Positions 1 through 17,955 of a DNA stretch of 64,000 nt are shown here, piece after piece. Source of the DNA: Octopus vulgaris (Eukaryota). The notes beneath the pieces were generated by a model. The model saw nothing but the letters and a program-made list of their open reading frames with translations, made no database searches and had not been told where the DNA came from. Position 1 is the stretch's first letter. Each line of letters begins with the position of its first letter. Location: the NCBI GenBank assembly GCA_951406725.2, contig OX597815.1:143840001-143904000 (forward strand), read 5' to 3'. Position numbers and translations under genes: made by a program.

Positions 1-2060
1 CTTCATATCTTATTAGTAGCACTGCTTTCAAATTGATTGTTTTTATGATATTTCTTGCATTTAATGTGGATTTTAAAATTTTAATTTTACAAAAAAATTA
101 TTTGCTGAGAACTTACATACTTTTTACCTTTGTCACTTATACGCTTCTTTTACGTCTAAGAAGCTGACCCTCTTATCTCAGGAAAATCCATTCCAGCATT
201 ATTTAGGATTCTCCCACGCTTTATCTCTATCAAAGCACAGATTTATCAATATCGGATGTCATCCCGGTGTCACTACTAAATATTCCTGCGGTTTGCATCA
301 AAGAAACCAGCTTATTCTTGTATTTGCCATAAAGTTTTAAATCGTTCATGAGAAAGTGATGATTTATTTTCACCCAATCCTTTCTAAGTGAATATCCTTC
401 AATTGCTTTATTCAGAATAATCGACAAATGGATCAGTGCTGTTAAGAAGAATATAGGAAAACAGGCTGTCCCCTTGAAAGAGTCTTCTAATCTGTACATC
501 TCTTAATCTCTCCCTTTCTGATGATTACTGCTCTCCTATTTCGCATTGCATTTTCTTACAGAGATTTTCCATTAGCTTGAACAGTTCTAGGCAACGTTTG
601 ATCCACGAAAATGGAACTAGGTCATATACTCTTTTATAATCGATCCAAGCGATGCACGAATTTGTCATTATCTTTTCTGAAGTTTTTCTCAATGTCATCT
701 TATTGATCATTAATTGGTCTTTCGTTCCCTGCTCTTTTTCCCAACAACTCTTCTGTTCGCTAGGTTCTAAATGTTTCCTGTTTGAATGTTGGTATATCTT
801 TTTTGCAATTATCCCTGTAAGCAGTTTCCACACAAGTGGTAAACACGTAATTGGTCGATAGCTTGAAACAGCGTTTCCTTTGAACTGCTTTTCAATATCA
901 GGCAAGTTCTTCCTCTAGTTAACCTCAATGACACATCTCTACTTGACACGTATTTAGGTATGTTTCTATGGTTTCATGAATATTTGTACGTTCTCTCAAC
1001 AAGTAACTATGGACAAGATCTTGTCCAGCAATTTCCACTTACTAGCTATATCCCAACTGCTTTCAACCTTTACTTTCTTGCTAGTGAAATTCTGTGCCTC
1101 AACATTTTCGGTGTCAGTCTCTGCTTGCTTTAGTCACTAAGCTTCGCATTTTTTCCTTCATTTCTCCCCAAAATAATTCCCTTTCTCTAATATCCTATTA
1201 TATTTATTGTTTCTCACATTCCCCTCGGGAATATCTGGATTGATTGGTCTTGGTGCTTTTGTTTATATTCATTGTTTCGCCGCAGTTTTTGATTTTGAAA
1301 GCTTTTGTCTTTACACTCTTTATTTGTAGCTCCTCAGTGAAACTTTCAGTTCCTTTTTGCTTACCAAATACGTTTCTCACCAGCCTACCTTTCACTTCTC
1401 TCTTTATTTTGCCAAGCTAGTGTAACTTGCTTATAGCTTTTCTAAGGCAACTAATCTTTATTAACATCAGTGTTTTCTACCAAGATACCTTTCTTTTGTT
1501 CCCCACCCCTGCCCAACATGCCTGAAATTACATTACCAACCGTTAATATTAATGTGCTAATTTCTTTACTATTTTCACTGCTAATTTTATCAATCAACAT
1601 CTTTACTTTTGATGTGTTTACTTTAATCTTGCTTCGATCTACGATCACCAAATTAACTGATTCTAAGACAAGCCTATAGTGCTTCAGTTTATACCTCAGT
1701 TTTTCAAAGATCTCTCATTGATCCTTATCAATGTTGTCCACATTAATTTGCCTTTCGTTGTGCACGCTCTCACTTGCCATTGCTTGAACATGAAAGTTGA
1801 TTTCTCTTGATTTGGTTGTAGAGTTGTCGTCCATCAGATTCTGATGTGACGTTTACTGAAATCCTCGGTTGATCTTTCTCTGTACCCTTCAACTTCTAAG
1901 TCAGGGAAGGCTTCTTTTTTTCCACTCCTGAAATACAATGGCAAGCAAGCTGTTGTCCATTATTTTCCACTGTTGGAAATGTTTTTTTCTTCAGAATCTT
2001 CGATTCCTTTTACTTTCTTGTAAAATAACATTTCATTGTTATCTAATTGACTTCTTCTTT
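1..2060 (-). mobile_element. Decayed R4/Dong-like (REL-endonuclease) non-LTR retrotransposon, N-terminal region plus RT; runs off the window edge
   Basis: ORF 525-905 reads YRPITCLPLVWKLLTGII..EQKSC..GTKDQLMINK..AWIDYKRVYDLVPFSWI. ORF 230-499 reads INHHFLMNDLKLYGK (decayed YMDD). Positions 1-90 read KILKSTLNARNIIKTIN. Many stops and frameshifts. Confidence 0.85.
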
Positions 2061-2349
2061 CTATTTCTTTTACAACTAAAAAATAACAGGCTGACGTCTA
2101 GGTCTGCGCTAATGTACCGCGGAATATCTAACGAGCGAGAAACCTTCACCAAAGTCGCCACAGTATTATCAAGTAGTTTATGAAAGACATAATATATGTC
2201 CCTTGGAATAGAGAGATACTAGAGAACGAAGCAGACTGAGACCAGTGAAGCAGGTGACTTGGAACTCCAAGGATGGAAGATAATATAAGAGTTATAGATT
2301 TGGACATGAACAGGAGTAAAAACCCTTTGTGTGAAATTTGTCTGAACAA

Positions 2350-2650
2350 GAATGAAAAAACAATTTTGACATAATCACATAATATTAATCACTTATGAAA
2401 TTAACAAGAACACTATCTGTATCATCAACATATTTAAAATACAAGCTGTAAGTAACAACGCATTTAGGGTACTGGACTGGAACGAGATGGACCTAAATTT
2501 TGTAGTCTAAAAGAAGAGAAATTTGTTTTAAAAAGGCTATATACATAAGTGTGGCAACCTGAGACTGTAGATTCCTAGAAGTGAATGTGGTAAGATTCAT
2601 AGAAGAAAATATAGAGCATCAGGGATCAAAGTAAGAATGCATTTATTAAT
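2350..2650 (+). mobile_element. Heavily decayed R4/Dong-like post-RT fragment
   Basis: Frameshifted matches to the FG+LDW...RLYIPRSEGGRG region, read by eye. Confidence 0.4.
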
Positions 2651-2899
2651 GTTGCCCATTGCCTTTCTACGACTCTTGTTGACTTCTATATAACGAAAAC
2701 ATAAACACCGAATTCAAAATAACAAAAAATACTGACAACGAAAATAAAAACGTCGAGAATGTAACCCAGGGCAGATAGATACAGCATATTCAAAAACAAA
2801 TAAAATGAACAAACGCAGCAAAATCGCCCATCCCACTCTGCCCTGAAACAACCCAACAAAAGTGAAATATGAACACACGCATTAAAAGAGAATGTGGGA

Positions 2900-3270
2900 A
2901 ATGTTTTTCAATTGGAATTTCTAATGATGGAAATTTTGACTATGAACATTATCTAAAGGGCGGAAATAGTTAAAGAATTAAAATCAAAGGAAGTTGTTCA
3001 TGTGGGTCAACGAAATTCACCTCCTCAGAAAAAAAATTTCACGATAAAATAGCAACAACAATAAACAGGTTAAACTTAGTCGTCGTCGAATTATTAAAAA
3101 CTTATAAGCAACATAAACATCAACGGGCTAACAACAAAAATATATAAAGCAGTGACAGGAGTTACAAAGGTATGCGACTACTCCCTGGAAATTAGTAATA
3201 CAGGAATGTCAATACATGAATGTGGAAAACACAGAAAATTTAATATGTCGCCCATATTTAAAAGATGGCT
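2900..3270 (+). mobile_element. Possible heavily decayed Penelope-like GIY-YIG fragment
   Basis: Broken motifs resembling IYxA..YVGST..KVCDxxLE..CRH, in the same order as the 7150-8280 element. Confidence 0.3.
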
Positions 3271-3329
3271 GCCTGTCCTCTTATTGAATTTTTAACTGAG
3301 TTTAATCGAATTTAATATATTATTTGAAA

Positions 3330-3505
3330 TTTAGGAAGAGAGTTCAGTCGAATATATTGACCCCAGTAACTTATTTTATCGACCCCGAAAAAAGATGAAA
3401 GGCAAAATTGATAGCCGTGGAATTTAAATTCAGAACGAGACAACGAACGAAATACCACGAAGCATTTTGTTCGGGGTACTAACGATTCTGCCAGCTCGGC
3501 GCCAT
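3330..3505 (-). mobile_element. SINE family B copy
   Basis: Reverse complement of the gcctttcatc..ggggtcgataaa core and ggcgagctggcagaatcgttag head seen at 51528-52105. Confidence 0.8.
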
Positions 3506-3699
3506 CTGAAAAGTTAATAATAAAAGAAAATATCGATCAATCCCTCAAGAAGTGAATAACGAAAAAAAAACACAAAGGAAAACTACAAACACTTAACTTC
3601 AATGATACATAATTGACTGGAAAAACAATTTACTAACCGAGGAACACGAACAAAAACTCATATCGTTCTAAAGATGAAATAGTGATCGACATAGCCCAA

Positions 3700-5000
3700 A
3701 CCGATGATTGTAAACGGAGAAAGGTCTGAGTATTGCAGGGATTGACAGTCATTCGAGTTTTTACAATATTCTCCTTACGTGGATCATGGAATTATTATCC
3801 AAGATAGGGACAAAGCTACTAATTACCTGATACATCGCATGTGGCATGAGCAAATAGTAAATATATCTGCCGATGAAAAAATTGGATTACAATAACAAAT
3901 CCATTTCTATGGTAAGAAGAATGTTTCAAAAAGACTCCTTCCCTCTTCACCTTTTCTGTCGGAAGTTAAAATTTTCAACTAATATGTTAACTGGACAAGA
4001 CTCGGTCACAAATGAAAGGACAATCAACAATTTTTTTTTTACGAGGGGATGCTGAAAAGTTCCTGCTTTGGATGAAAGATAATAGAGGAGGATCAGGTAA
4101 TTATGATTTTATTCGATATATTCCCCTCTCAGATTCACAGTTATTGCTGCGATCCTTCAGTTTTTCTAAGCCCTGTAAACAACTCGGAAGGTTGGGCCTC
4201 CAATCAGGTCTTTCGTGATACCCTTAAAATCAAGAACATTTCAGCAGCCCCTAGGCAACATCAAATCGTTTCTGGAAAATGATAAGCAGCTAGAAACACT
4301 ACTGCAGATAGTACACGGATTTAATAGAGAAAATGATGTGAGATTTAGATTGGAAACTATGCACCAAGTCAAGTTGAAAAACGGAGAATCAATTAAAATA
4401 ATGATCTTATCTTAACAACATGGTTGCGAAAAAGTAAATACAAATAGGGAAGGGCTTCATATATGTAATACAGTGAGTTGAAAACTTCAGTCCCATAAGA
4501 ACATCCAAACAATAAGTAGAAAATCTTCTCTCGAGAAGTTTTAAAATCCAAAGCCAAAAAGCAAGGAAGATAATTCCAGTTAAATTGGTTGATCTAAATT
4601 GTTGTACTACGCAATCAGTGCTGTGTAGAGTGGATTTGATGATGTTTTAAGAGAACTGGTGAAAGTCAGCTGTTTTTAGGTTTTATTAGACTGTACTCAG
4701 TTGACAAGACTGGTTACACAAGTGATTCATTTCTAAGTACACATAAAAAATTCTCTTTATATATACATGGTATGGAACACTGAGACTAGATAAAATTAGC
4801 ATCGTATGGTCGGTAAACATAAAGATATGTTGTTTCATATCAATGAAGGTACCGGATCTAAGTTCAAGGAATCGACCATCCTTTATGTTAACAAACGACG
4901 GGGAGGGATAAGGAGAGGATGTACAGTAAATTATAGTAAACATGAAAAAAAATAAATATATTTTTAAAGTATATAAGTACATATAAAAGTATAATATAAA
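3700..5000 (+). mobile_element. Decayed R4/Dong-like LINE RT region, interrupted by a mariner MITE
   Basis: AWID-like motif near 3735, QKDSFPLHLF (QGDSLSPL-like), INNFF|MITE|NIKSFLENDKQLETLL, and LYVN..RGG..RG near 4880-4920. Confidence 0.7.
4040..4253. mobile_element. Tc1/mariner-type MITE (~210 bp)
   Basis: Left end TA-cgaggggatgctgaaaagttcctgcttt; right end aaaatcaagaacatttcagcagcccct is an imperfect inverted match. Confidence 0.75.
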
Positions 5001-5471
5001 CGAATTCAATAGGGAAGAGACAAGTGTATTCATATATAGTATTGAACAGCTGTAATTTAAAAATTAAAAGGTCAAAACACCATACACAAAAGCATCTGGA
5101 TCTTATTTTTAATTACATTTTCTAACTACACCTCAAAATACTTCCCCACTGAACTCTAGTGAAACCAAAACAATACTCACACCTAAAAGCACATGCACAT
5201 AAGTAATAACATCCAAAAAATTACGCAAACGCACTCACACAGCTGTATACGCCAATGCCCTTTAATATACACAAAGACCACAAGGAGACAAACATTGGCG
5301 TACACGCAAACAAATATGTGTATATACACATAAGTATACATACATACATGCATACATACAAAAACAGATATAAACAAATACATAAAATATAAATACACAT
5401 ATATACACATGTATGCATATGAATTCAAATAAATATAAATTATACATGTATACACTTATATACACATGTAT

Positions 5472-5873
<402 letters not shown>

Positions 5874-6177
5874 TATATATATATACACATATATATATAT
5901 ATATACACATACATACATACATACATACATACATACATACATACATACATACATACATACATACATGCACACAGACTCACATAAACACGCACATATACTC
6001 ACTTAGATATGTATAGTTCTTACATATAAATGAACATATACACAGAACTGTATAAATGCAAACACTCGTGCCTATTTAAATATAGAAATTGAAATATACA
6101 TCCACACACTAGCACAGATATGGATACATATATATGCATACGTACATACATACCAGAATGTAGACATATATCTCCTG

Positions 6178-6725
6178 TTTCCCATCACTTACCATCCCTC
6201 CACCCTACCCCTCCAACACACCATTCTCCGGGCCTTCCAGCAACTCCAGTCCGGCCCCGCCACCTCGCACATATTCCTCAACCAACCCCTTCCCTGCTTC
6301 AAACGAGCCCACAAACTGCGTGGCCTCCTGGTCCATAGTTTCTTCCCTCACTCCACTTCTCAACCTCGCTCGTTCCCCTGCTCCCACCCACGCTGCCGCA
6401 TTTGTCCTTATCTCTCCGATACCACCATTCTCACAGGCACCCATCATCGTCCCCATCATATCACCGACTCCTTTACCTGCACTTCTAGCAATGTCATTTA
6501 CTGCATCTCCTGCTCTTTCTGCCCTTTTCTGTATATCGGTCAAACGGGATGCTGCTCGGTTGACCGGTTTGCGGAACACCTCCGAGACATCAGACTCGGC
6601 AATGACACCCCGGTCTCGCACCATTTCCGCTCTACTGGTTATTCACTTCAACACCTGTTGTCTGTGTTCGGATTGTCTTTGTACAGGGGTCATCCAGACT
6701 TCCGCCTTCGCCATGAACAGACAGG
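6178..6725 (+). mobile_element. Penelope-like element fragment: linker plus GIY-YIG endonuclease, open frame without ATG (absent from the ORF track)
   Basis: Frame from 6178: FPITYHP..FKRAHKLRGLLVHS..PCSHPRCRICPY..FTCTSSNVIYCISCSFCPFLYIGQTG..RFAEHLRDI..PVSHHF..EQ. Confidence 0.92.
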
Positions 6726-6747
6726 AATGTTATATATGAGAAGGTAA

Positions 6748-7120
6748 AAAGTATTTTTACAAATATCAGAATGCTTGAATATTGTCTTATACATTGCCTA
6801 TTACTGAGGTAAGATCAAATCATGGTTAACCAAGGTAGGGAACTATTTATTGATATTGATCCAGGTTATAAAGTATATTAGTGTAGGTTTAATGATTAAG
6901 TGTAAGTTTATGCATAGTTAGCCTATTGGAAAGATTTAAGGTGCGAGCATCATTGAGTAGAAAGTATTTTTACAAATAACAGACTATTTGACTATGGCCG
7001 AATAATTATTTATTGCTAAGGTTTGGACAAATTATGGTTAACAAAGGTAGGAAATTATTCAATTGCATTGATCTATATAATAAATTTTATTAGTGTAGAT
7101 TCAATAATTAAATATAAGGT
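6748..7120. repeat. Diverged direct repeat, ~212-bp period, downstream of the minus-strand Penelope-like element
   Basis: aaagtatttttacaaata..atggttaac(c/a)aaggtagg..attagtgtag occurs at ~6748 and ~6961. Confidence 0.75.
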
Positions 7121-7149
7121 AAGGTATAGTTATCATAGAGGAATGATTT

Positions 7150-7539
7150 GTATATAGGGTGTTGGCACCGGACAATCTATTCATCACGCTGATTAATAAT
7201 ATTCGATTTAATTTTATTAATATGGAACACCTCAGACACTCAGAGCCCACACCAGCCACCGCAACCTTTATATGGTTGTACATTACTTACAATAGACAAT
7301 GTAATTTTAAATTCAATATTATTGTTAGTGAGAGAATGTACAAATTTAGCTTGAGATATACTATTAGCTTTTTCTTTATGCCTTGATGTAGATCTGAGAT
7401 TATTCCAACGAAGACTGGATGAGGAAGAGGACGCACCAATATAAACATGTTCTTTACCAAGAGTAGTGATTTTCCCTAAGGCACTGGCTATTAATGGTAC
7501 ATAGTGATTTATTACTAGGTTGGCCTGATTATTAATAGG

Positions 7540-7574
<35 letters not shown>

Positions 7575-8280
7575 CAATGCTACTGATTATTGACAATATA
7601 GTTAATGAAGCTCTCTGTACATTAAATACAGTAAGGTTTAACACATGTAATGTAGGGGGTTAGATAAAGAAACAGAGATAAGAAAATTGAAGAGTAAAAC
7701 ACACGCACAAAGAAAAGGATATGAAGGAATATTACATATGAGTTAAATTAATGCTTAAAATAAAACCAAGTATAGAAAATAATATAATAGGTATTATTAT
7801 CCAAGCTACTCTAACAAAGTTTCGTTCATATGTTTTCAGCTGTATGTTCAATGAATTAACAAAATTAGAGAAAGAAACAAGAACAACAGCAACAATAATG
7901 ATAACTTCTATTAGAATAAACCACCTCAAATCAATCACAGTATATTATATTTATCACGAATATTGGGAAATGGAGGAGTACTATAGACAGAGAACTATAA
8001 TATAGCTATAATATTGCATGTCCCCTGTAAGATTACTAAAATATCTAGTTGAGAATACGTGGCAACTAATAAAATAAAAAAAAAGGATACACAAACATGA
8101 GCAAAACAAAAAAAAATCCGTTCTTCGTCTTCAAAGAATCTAGTGAATATAGGAACTAAAGTTTTGGTCAATGGTGATGAGAATGAAGAAACTACAATAG
8201 GAATTACTGAAAAGCTAAAATCTAAGATAAAAATGGGACTTAGTCCGAACGTGGCTAACATCAGAAAAAAAATGAAAGAA
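7150..8280 (-). mobile_element. Decayed AT-rich Penelope-like element (RT thumb, linker and GIY-YIG)
   Basis: ORF 7240-7644 reads VYIGASSS..RWNNLRSTSRHKEKANS..KFVHSL..NNIEFKITLSIVSNVQPYKG..WCGL, matching the YIG..R.NNH..PY..C.LC endonuclease pattern. Confidence 0.75.
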
Positions 8281-8289
8281 TAAAAAAAA

Positions 8290-8789
8290 GAGACAGGATA
8301 AAGAATATCTCAGCACTGACTGAAAAGCGCAGGCTAGAAAGCTGAGACCGAAGGAATTTATATTGTAGCACAATACCGAAGCCTTCTTCCCAGAAACAGC
8401 ATGTAGAGAAACCGAACACAAAAAGCAACTGCAGCATATATGGAGGTTGTGAAGAAGCAATTAATCACAATGTTTCTGCATGCCTAGTCTTAACCAAAAG
8501 CGTGTAGGAAATATAAACTCAACCAAAAAGCTGAAATGCTGGATAAACTGATAAAGATGGTTTTCTCCTATCGTAATCACAGAATGAGAAAATATATTCT
8601 CTGCAGCTCGACAAGTTACTTTGACTGGTTACTTTGACAAGTCTGATCAGCAAGATAATATTATTGATATTTTAAAATGGCTTCAGTTTTGACGTTAACA
8701 ATGTTATAGGAAAAACGGCGAAATGTTACTGATAACAGAAATTAACACAGCGTACTCAAAGTGTTGTTGAAGTACATGCACATCTGTGT

Positions 8790-8838
<49 letters not shown>

Positions 8839-9300
8839 TGTGTGTGATTACATGTAACCGTGTCTGCAGAAAAACACAGAAATACATGCGTATATGAACA
8901 GAGTAAACCTATAGACATGCAAGTGAATCTGCAGTAAACTTGTGTATAAAATGTATTACGATTTTGCCAGCAACACGTGGATAAACTAGAAATGGTCTCA
9001 AAGAATGATAACGTTACTATACTCTGGGACACGTCGATTCATAAAACAAGAAGAGTAAACCTGATTGGCTAGATTATTGATGTGAAAGGCTGATCAGAAA
9101 GAGAGTTTTCCTGGCTTATCTATCAATTCCATCATAAATGCAGTAACTATCGAAATATACAGATCTAAAATAGTTATAACCAAAACATGGGATTCAAGAA
9201 CTGAAGCAAAATTTGTAGTAATAGTTTCACTGGGAATTAATTTAAAAACGAGGGCGAAAACTATTTAACCAAATATTTAACGGGATTTATACATATATAC
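8290..9300 (+). mobile_element. R4/Dong-like 3' part (zinc knuckle and REL endonuclease), decayed
   Basis: Frameshifted LKSAG.KAETEG..AQ, CxICG..E.INH.VSAC, ENDNVTILWD and KY.DL..W..VIxxLG motifs. Confidence 0.7.
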
Positions 9301-9326
9301 AACAAACCAAAACAAGTTGTATCATA

Positions 9327-9733
9327 GGCGCAGGAGTGGCTGTGTGGTAAGTAGCTTGCTAACCAACCACATGGTTCCGGGTTCAGTCCCACTGCGCGGC
9401 ACCTTGGGCAAGTGTCTTCTGCTATAGCCTCGGGCCGACCAAAGCCTTGTGACGGAAACTGAAAGAAGCTTGGTAGACGGAAACTGAAAGAAGCCCGTCG
9501 TATATATGTATATATATATGCGTGTGTGTGTTTGTGTGTCTGTGTTTGTCACCCAAGCATCGCTTGACAACCGATGCTGGTGTGTTTATGTCCCCGTTAC
9601 TTAGCGGTTCGGCAAAAGAGACCGATAGAATAAGTACTGGGCTTACAAAAGAATAAATCCCGGGGTCGAGTTGCTCGATTAAAGGCGGTGCTCCAGCATG
9701 GCCGCAGTCAAATGACTGAAACAAGTAAAGAGT
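9327..9733 (+). mobile_element. tRNA-derived SINE family A, full length
   Basis: A-box-like tggctgtgtggtaag, B-box-like ggttcagtccc, internal (TA)/(TG) tract, tail ggcggtgctccagcatggccgcagtcaaatgactgaaac. Near-identical copies at 22343, 30742 and 33726. Confidence 0.92.
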
Positions 9734-10088
9734 AATATATAAAAGAGAAGACTGTCAATGCGTTTATTTTTACCCGTAGAGGATGGAAGACTGGTCGGTG
9801 CATAAGGTTATTGCAGACATTCTGCGACCAGTGAGACTGATTCCATTAATTCTCACGATGAAATATTACAAGTCAATACTGCTGGTAAGAAACAAGAGTA
9901 AAGAAGGAATCCCGAGGGTCTGAGAAGAATGTTCGGAATCTTTGCTGATGGAGAAGGCGTCAAGATCGCCTTTTCCAAAGTTCTCCAGGACGGGTGAGAA
10001 TAGAAGAAAAAACAAAACTCTGCAGATACCCAAGGTGCACAGAGCCGCGCTCAATTAAGCAGTACGAAGATGCAACACGAACAAGACT

Positions 10089-10168
<80 letters not shown>

Positions 10169-10288
10169 GCTTCTAAGCTGAAGTGAAGACGGCATCTTCT
10201 TTGTCTAACTCCTTACCCCCTTGGAGGTTTTAGGTAAAATTATACTAATGTGTCCATCTGTTTTAATTTGATTTAATTCTATGTCTTT

Positions 10289-10348
10289 ATGCAACTGAGG
10301 ATTGCATTGTTCAATTAAATGAAGATGCTTGAAACGATCGTACTGCAT
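10289..10348 (+). ncRNA. Degenerate type I hammerhead motif in a ~225-bp insert (10165-10388) within (TA)n
   Basis: ATGCAA / CTGAGGA (10295-10301) / ttGCAT..ATGCtt / GAAA / CGATCG / TA / CTGCAT. Core intact; bases of helices I and II mismatched. Confidence 0.7.
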
Positions 10349-10378
10349 TACCTCTGGATGTCCTTGTAGCTTATTTTG

Positions 10379-11770
<1,392 letters not shown>

Positions 11771-11939
11771 ATATATATATATATATACATACATACATAC
11801 ATACATACATACATACATACATACATACATACATACATACATACATACATGCTTTTGCACCGCACACAAGCTTTAAGTTGCTAAGTTTATATTCATACAC
11901 CATTATACAAGATTATTCATAAGAATTGCTATATATTCT

Positions 11940-12130
11940 TTTGTTTCAGTCATTTGACTGCGGCCATGCTGGAGCACCGCCTTTAGTCGAATTAATCGAC
12001 CCCACGAGTTACTCTTTGTAGGGCTAGTACTTTTTCTATCTGTCTATTTTGCCGAACAGCTAAGTTACGGGGACGTAAACACACCAATATTGGTTGTTCA
12101 GCGATGGTGGGGAGACAAATAGAGACACAC
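11940..12130 (-). mobile_element. SINE family A, 3' half
   Basis: gtttcagtcatttgactgcggccatgctggagcaccgcc is the reverse complement of the family A tail. Confidence 0.85.
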
Positions 12131-12319
12131 AAATATATATATGTGTGTATATATATATGTGTGTGTGTGTGTTTGTATGTGTTGTGTGTGTGTGTGTGTG
12201 TGCATACAATACATTCATACATACACATGTACACGGGTATAACTATGAATGTACATGTGTATGAAGTATTTATTAATATATATATATATATATATAAATA
12301 CATACATACATACATATAA

Positions 12320-12454
12320 AAAAATTTTTAATTTACCATCATTTTTTTTCCATGCATTTTTTTGCATTTTTTTGGTACTTTTGGGCTATAACTCAAAAAA
12401 TGCTTATATAGTTATTTCCCTTATAAACCCGAGCAATGCCGGGCGATACTGCTA

Positions 12455-12455
<1 letters not shown>
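12320..12455 (+). mobile_element. Helitron-like 3' terminus
   Basis: Hairpin cccg-agcaatgc-cggg, 8-nt spacer, then CTAG|T; same motif family as 57935-57976. Confidence 0.65.
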
Positions 12456-16640
<4,185 letters not shown>

Positions 16641-16734
16641 TGTGTGTGTGTCATTTTGTCTTTCTATAATTGCGTTAACACTGACGAAAGAAAAACCATG
16701 TCTCTACACTACACATCTTTCATTTTTTTCTTTC

Positions 16735-17130
16735 GTTTGTATCAGTTATTTGACTGCGGCCATGCTGGGGCACCGCCTTGAAGGGTTTATTCGAATAAAT
16801 CGACACCAGGATTATTTTTTGAAGCCTTGTACTCATTCTATCCTCCTCTTTGGCCGAACCGCTAAGTTACAGGGACATAAACAAAACAGCACCGGATGTC
16901 AAGCGTTGTTGAAGGGACAAAAACAAACACAAAGACACACACACACATAGATATGTACATGTGTGTGTATACACACACACATGACGGGTTTCTCTGTCTC
17001 TATCTACCAACTCCATTCACAAGGCTTTGGTCGGTCCGAGACTATAGCAGAAGACACTTGCCCAAGGTGCCACGCAGTAAGGCTGAACCCGGAACAATGT
17101 GGTTGGGCAGTATGTTGCTTACTATACAGC
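16735..17130 (-). mobile_element. SINE family A, older full-length copy
   Basis: Collinear with the reverse complement of 9327-9733, with more substitutions. Confidence 0.85.
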
Positions 17131-17182
17131 CGAAGTTAGAAATAATTAGTGGATCAAAATTATCGACTTGTTCACTTTAAGG

Positions 17183-17477
17183 CAGTAGTTCCCAAAGTGG
17201 GCGGTACTGCACCTCCCCCACCCGGGGTGCAAAGACTCTGGAGGCGTTGAAGAAAAGTGGGGTGATAATAGAGTGGCCGAAATGAGGCAATGGATGTAAA
17301 AAAAAAGGCACAAAAGTAATGGGTTAATTACATTTGCTTTTATTTGTGAAATGTTTAGAATTTACTGCAGAAAGTGGTCTATGTTTGTAGTGGTGAGTTT
17401 GGTTGTGGTGGTGGGGCAATGGGAATGTGGCCCGGGTGCCTAGGGGGCGACAGCCTGAAAGGTTTTGGGAATCACTA
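17183..17477. mobile_element. hAT-type MITE with 8-bp TSD
   Basis: TIRs cagtagttcccaaa / tttgggaatcacta; perfect TSD CTTTAAGG at 17175-17182 and 17478-17485. Confidence 0.9.
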
Positions 17478-17833
17478 CTTTAAGGCAATGCTTATTTTGT
17501 TCATATCATTGGAACACCACTTAACAGGTTATGTATCATAGATCATCCTATTGTCACATAGTTTAACCGTCTATTCATTTTAGGCTGCATTGCTGCTATA
17601 CCATTTTAACTGGTTACATGTCTTAGACCAAGCCATTGCCATACCATTTCACTGATCATCGATCTTAGACCCGGACATTGCTGTATCATATAGGCTGCAT
17701 CTTAGAGAAAAGCATTAAGTTAATAGCAAATGTTTGTGTACTACCTCTATTTCCACTGATACAGTGTTTTCTGCTCCTCTGAGCTAATAGGGTTCTTTAC
17801 TGTCATCAGTCAAATCCAGCCTCGTTATCCATA

Positions 17834-17955
<122 letters not shown>

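Noticed and set aside
4686-5033. Minus-strand ORF resembling mitochondrial cox2 (DHTMLIL), suggesting a NUMT
   Set aside because: The + strand carries collinear R4 LINE motifs, there is no CuA motif, and the hydrophobicity comes from the antisense of A-rich DNA.
6120-6739. ORFs 6120-6338, 6205-6624 and 6320-6739 as genes
   Set aside because: They are shadow frames of the GIY-YIG coding frame starting at 6178.
7101-8460. Packed hydrophobic minus-strand ORFs resembling a viral or mitochondrial gene cluster
   Set aside because: They are explained by a frameshifted Penelope-like ORF (7150-8280) and the antisense of an R4 zinc-knuckle region.
9327-9400. tRNA genes at SINE heads
   Set aside because: A- and B-box-like motifs are present but no full cloverleaf, and each continues into a SINE body.
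17745-17815. Minus-strand CTGATGA..GAAA..GTA motif
   Set aside because: No helix II pairing and a mismatched helix III.
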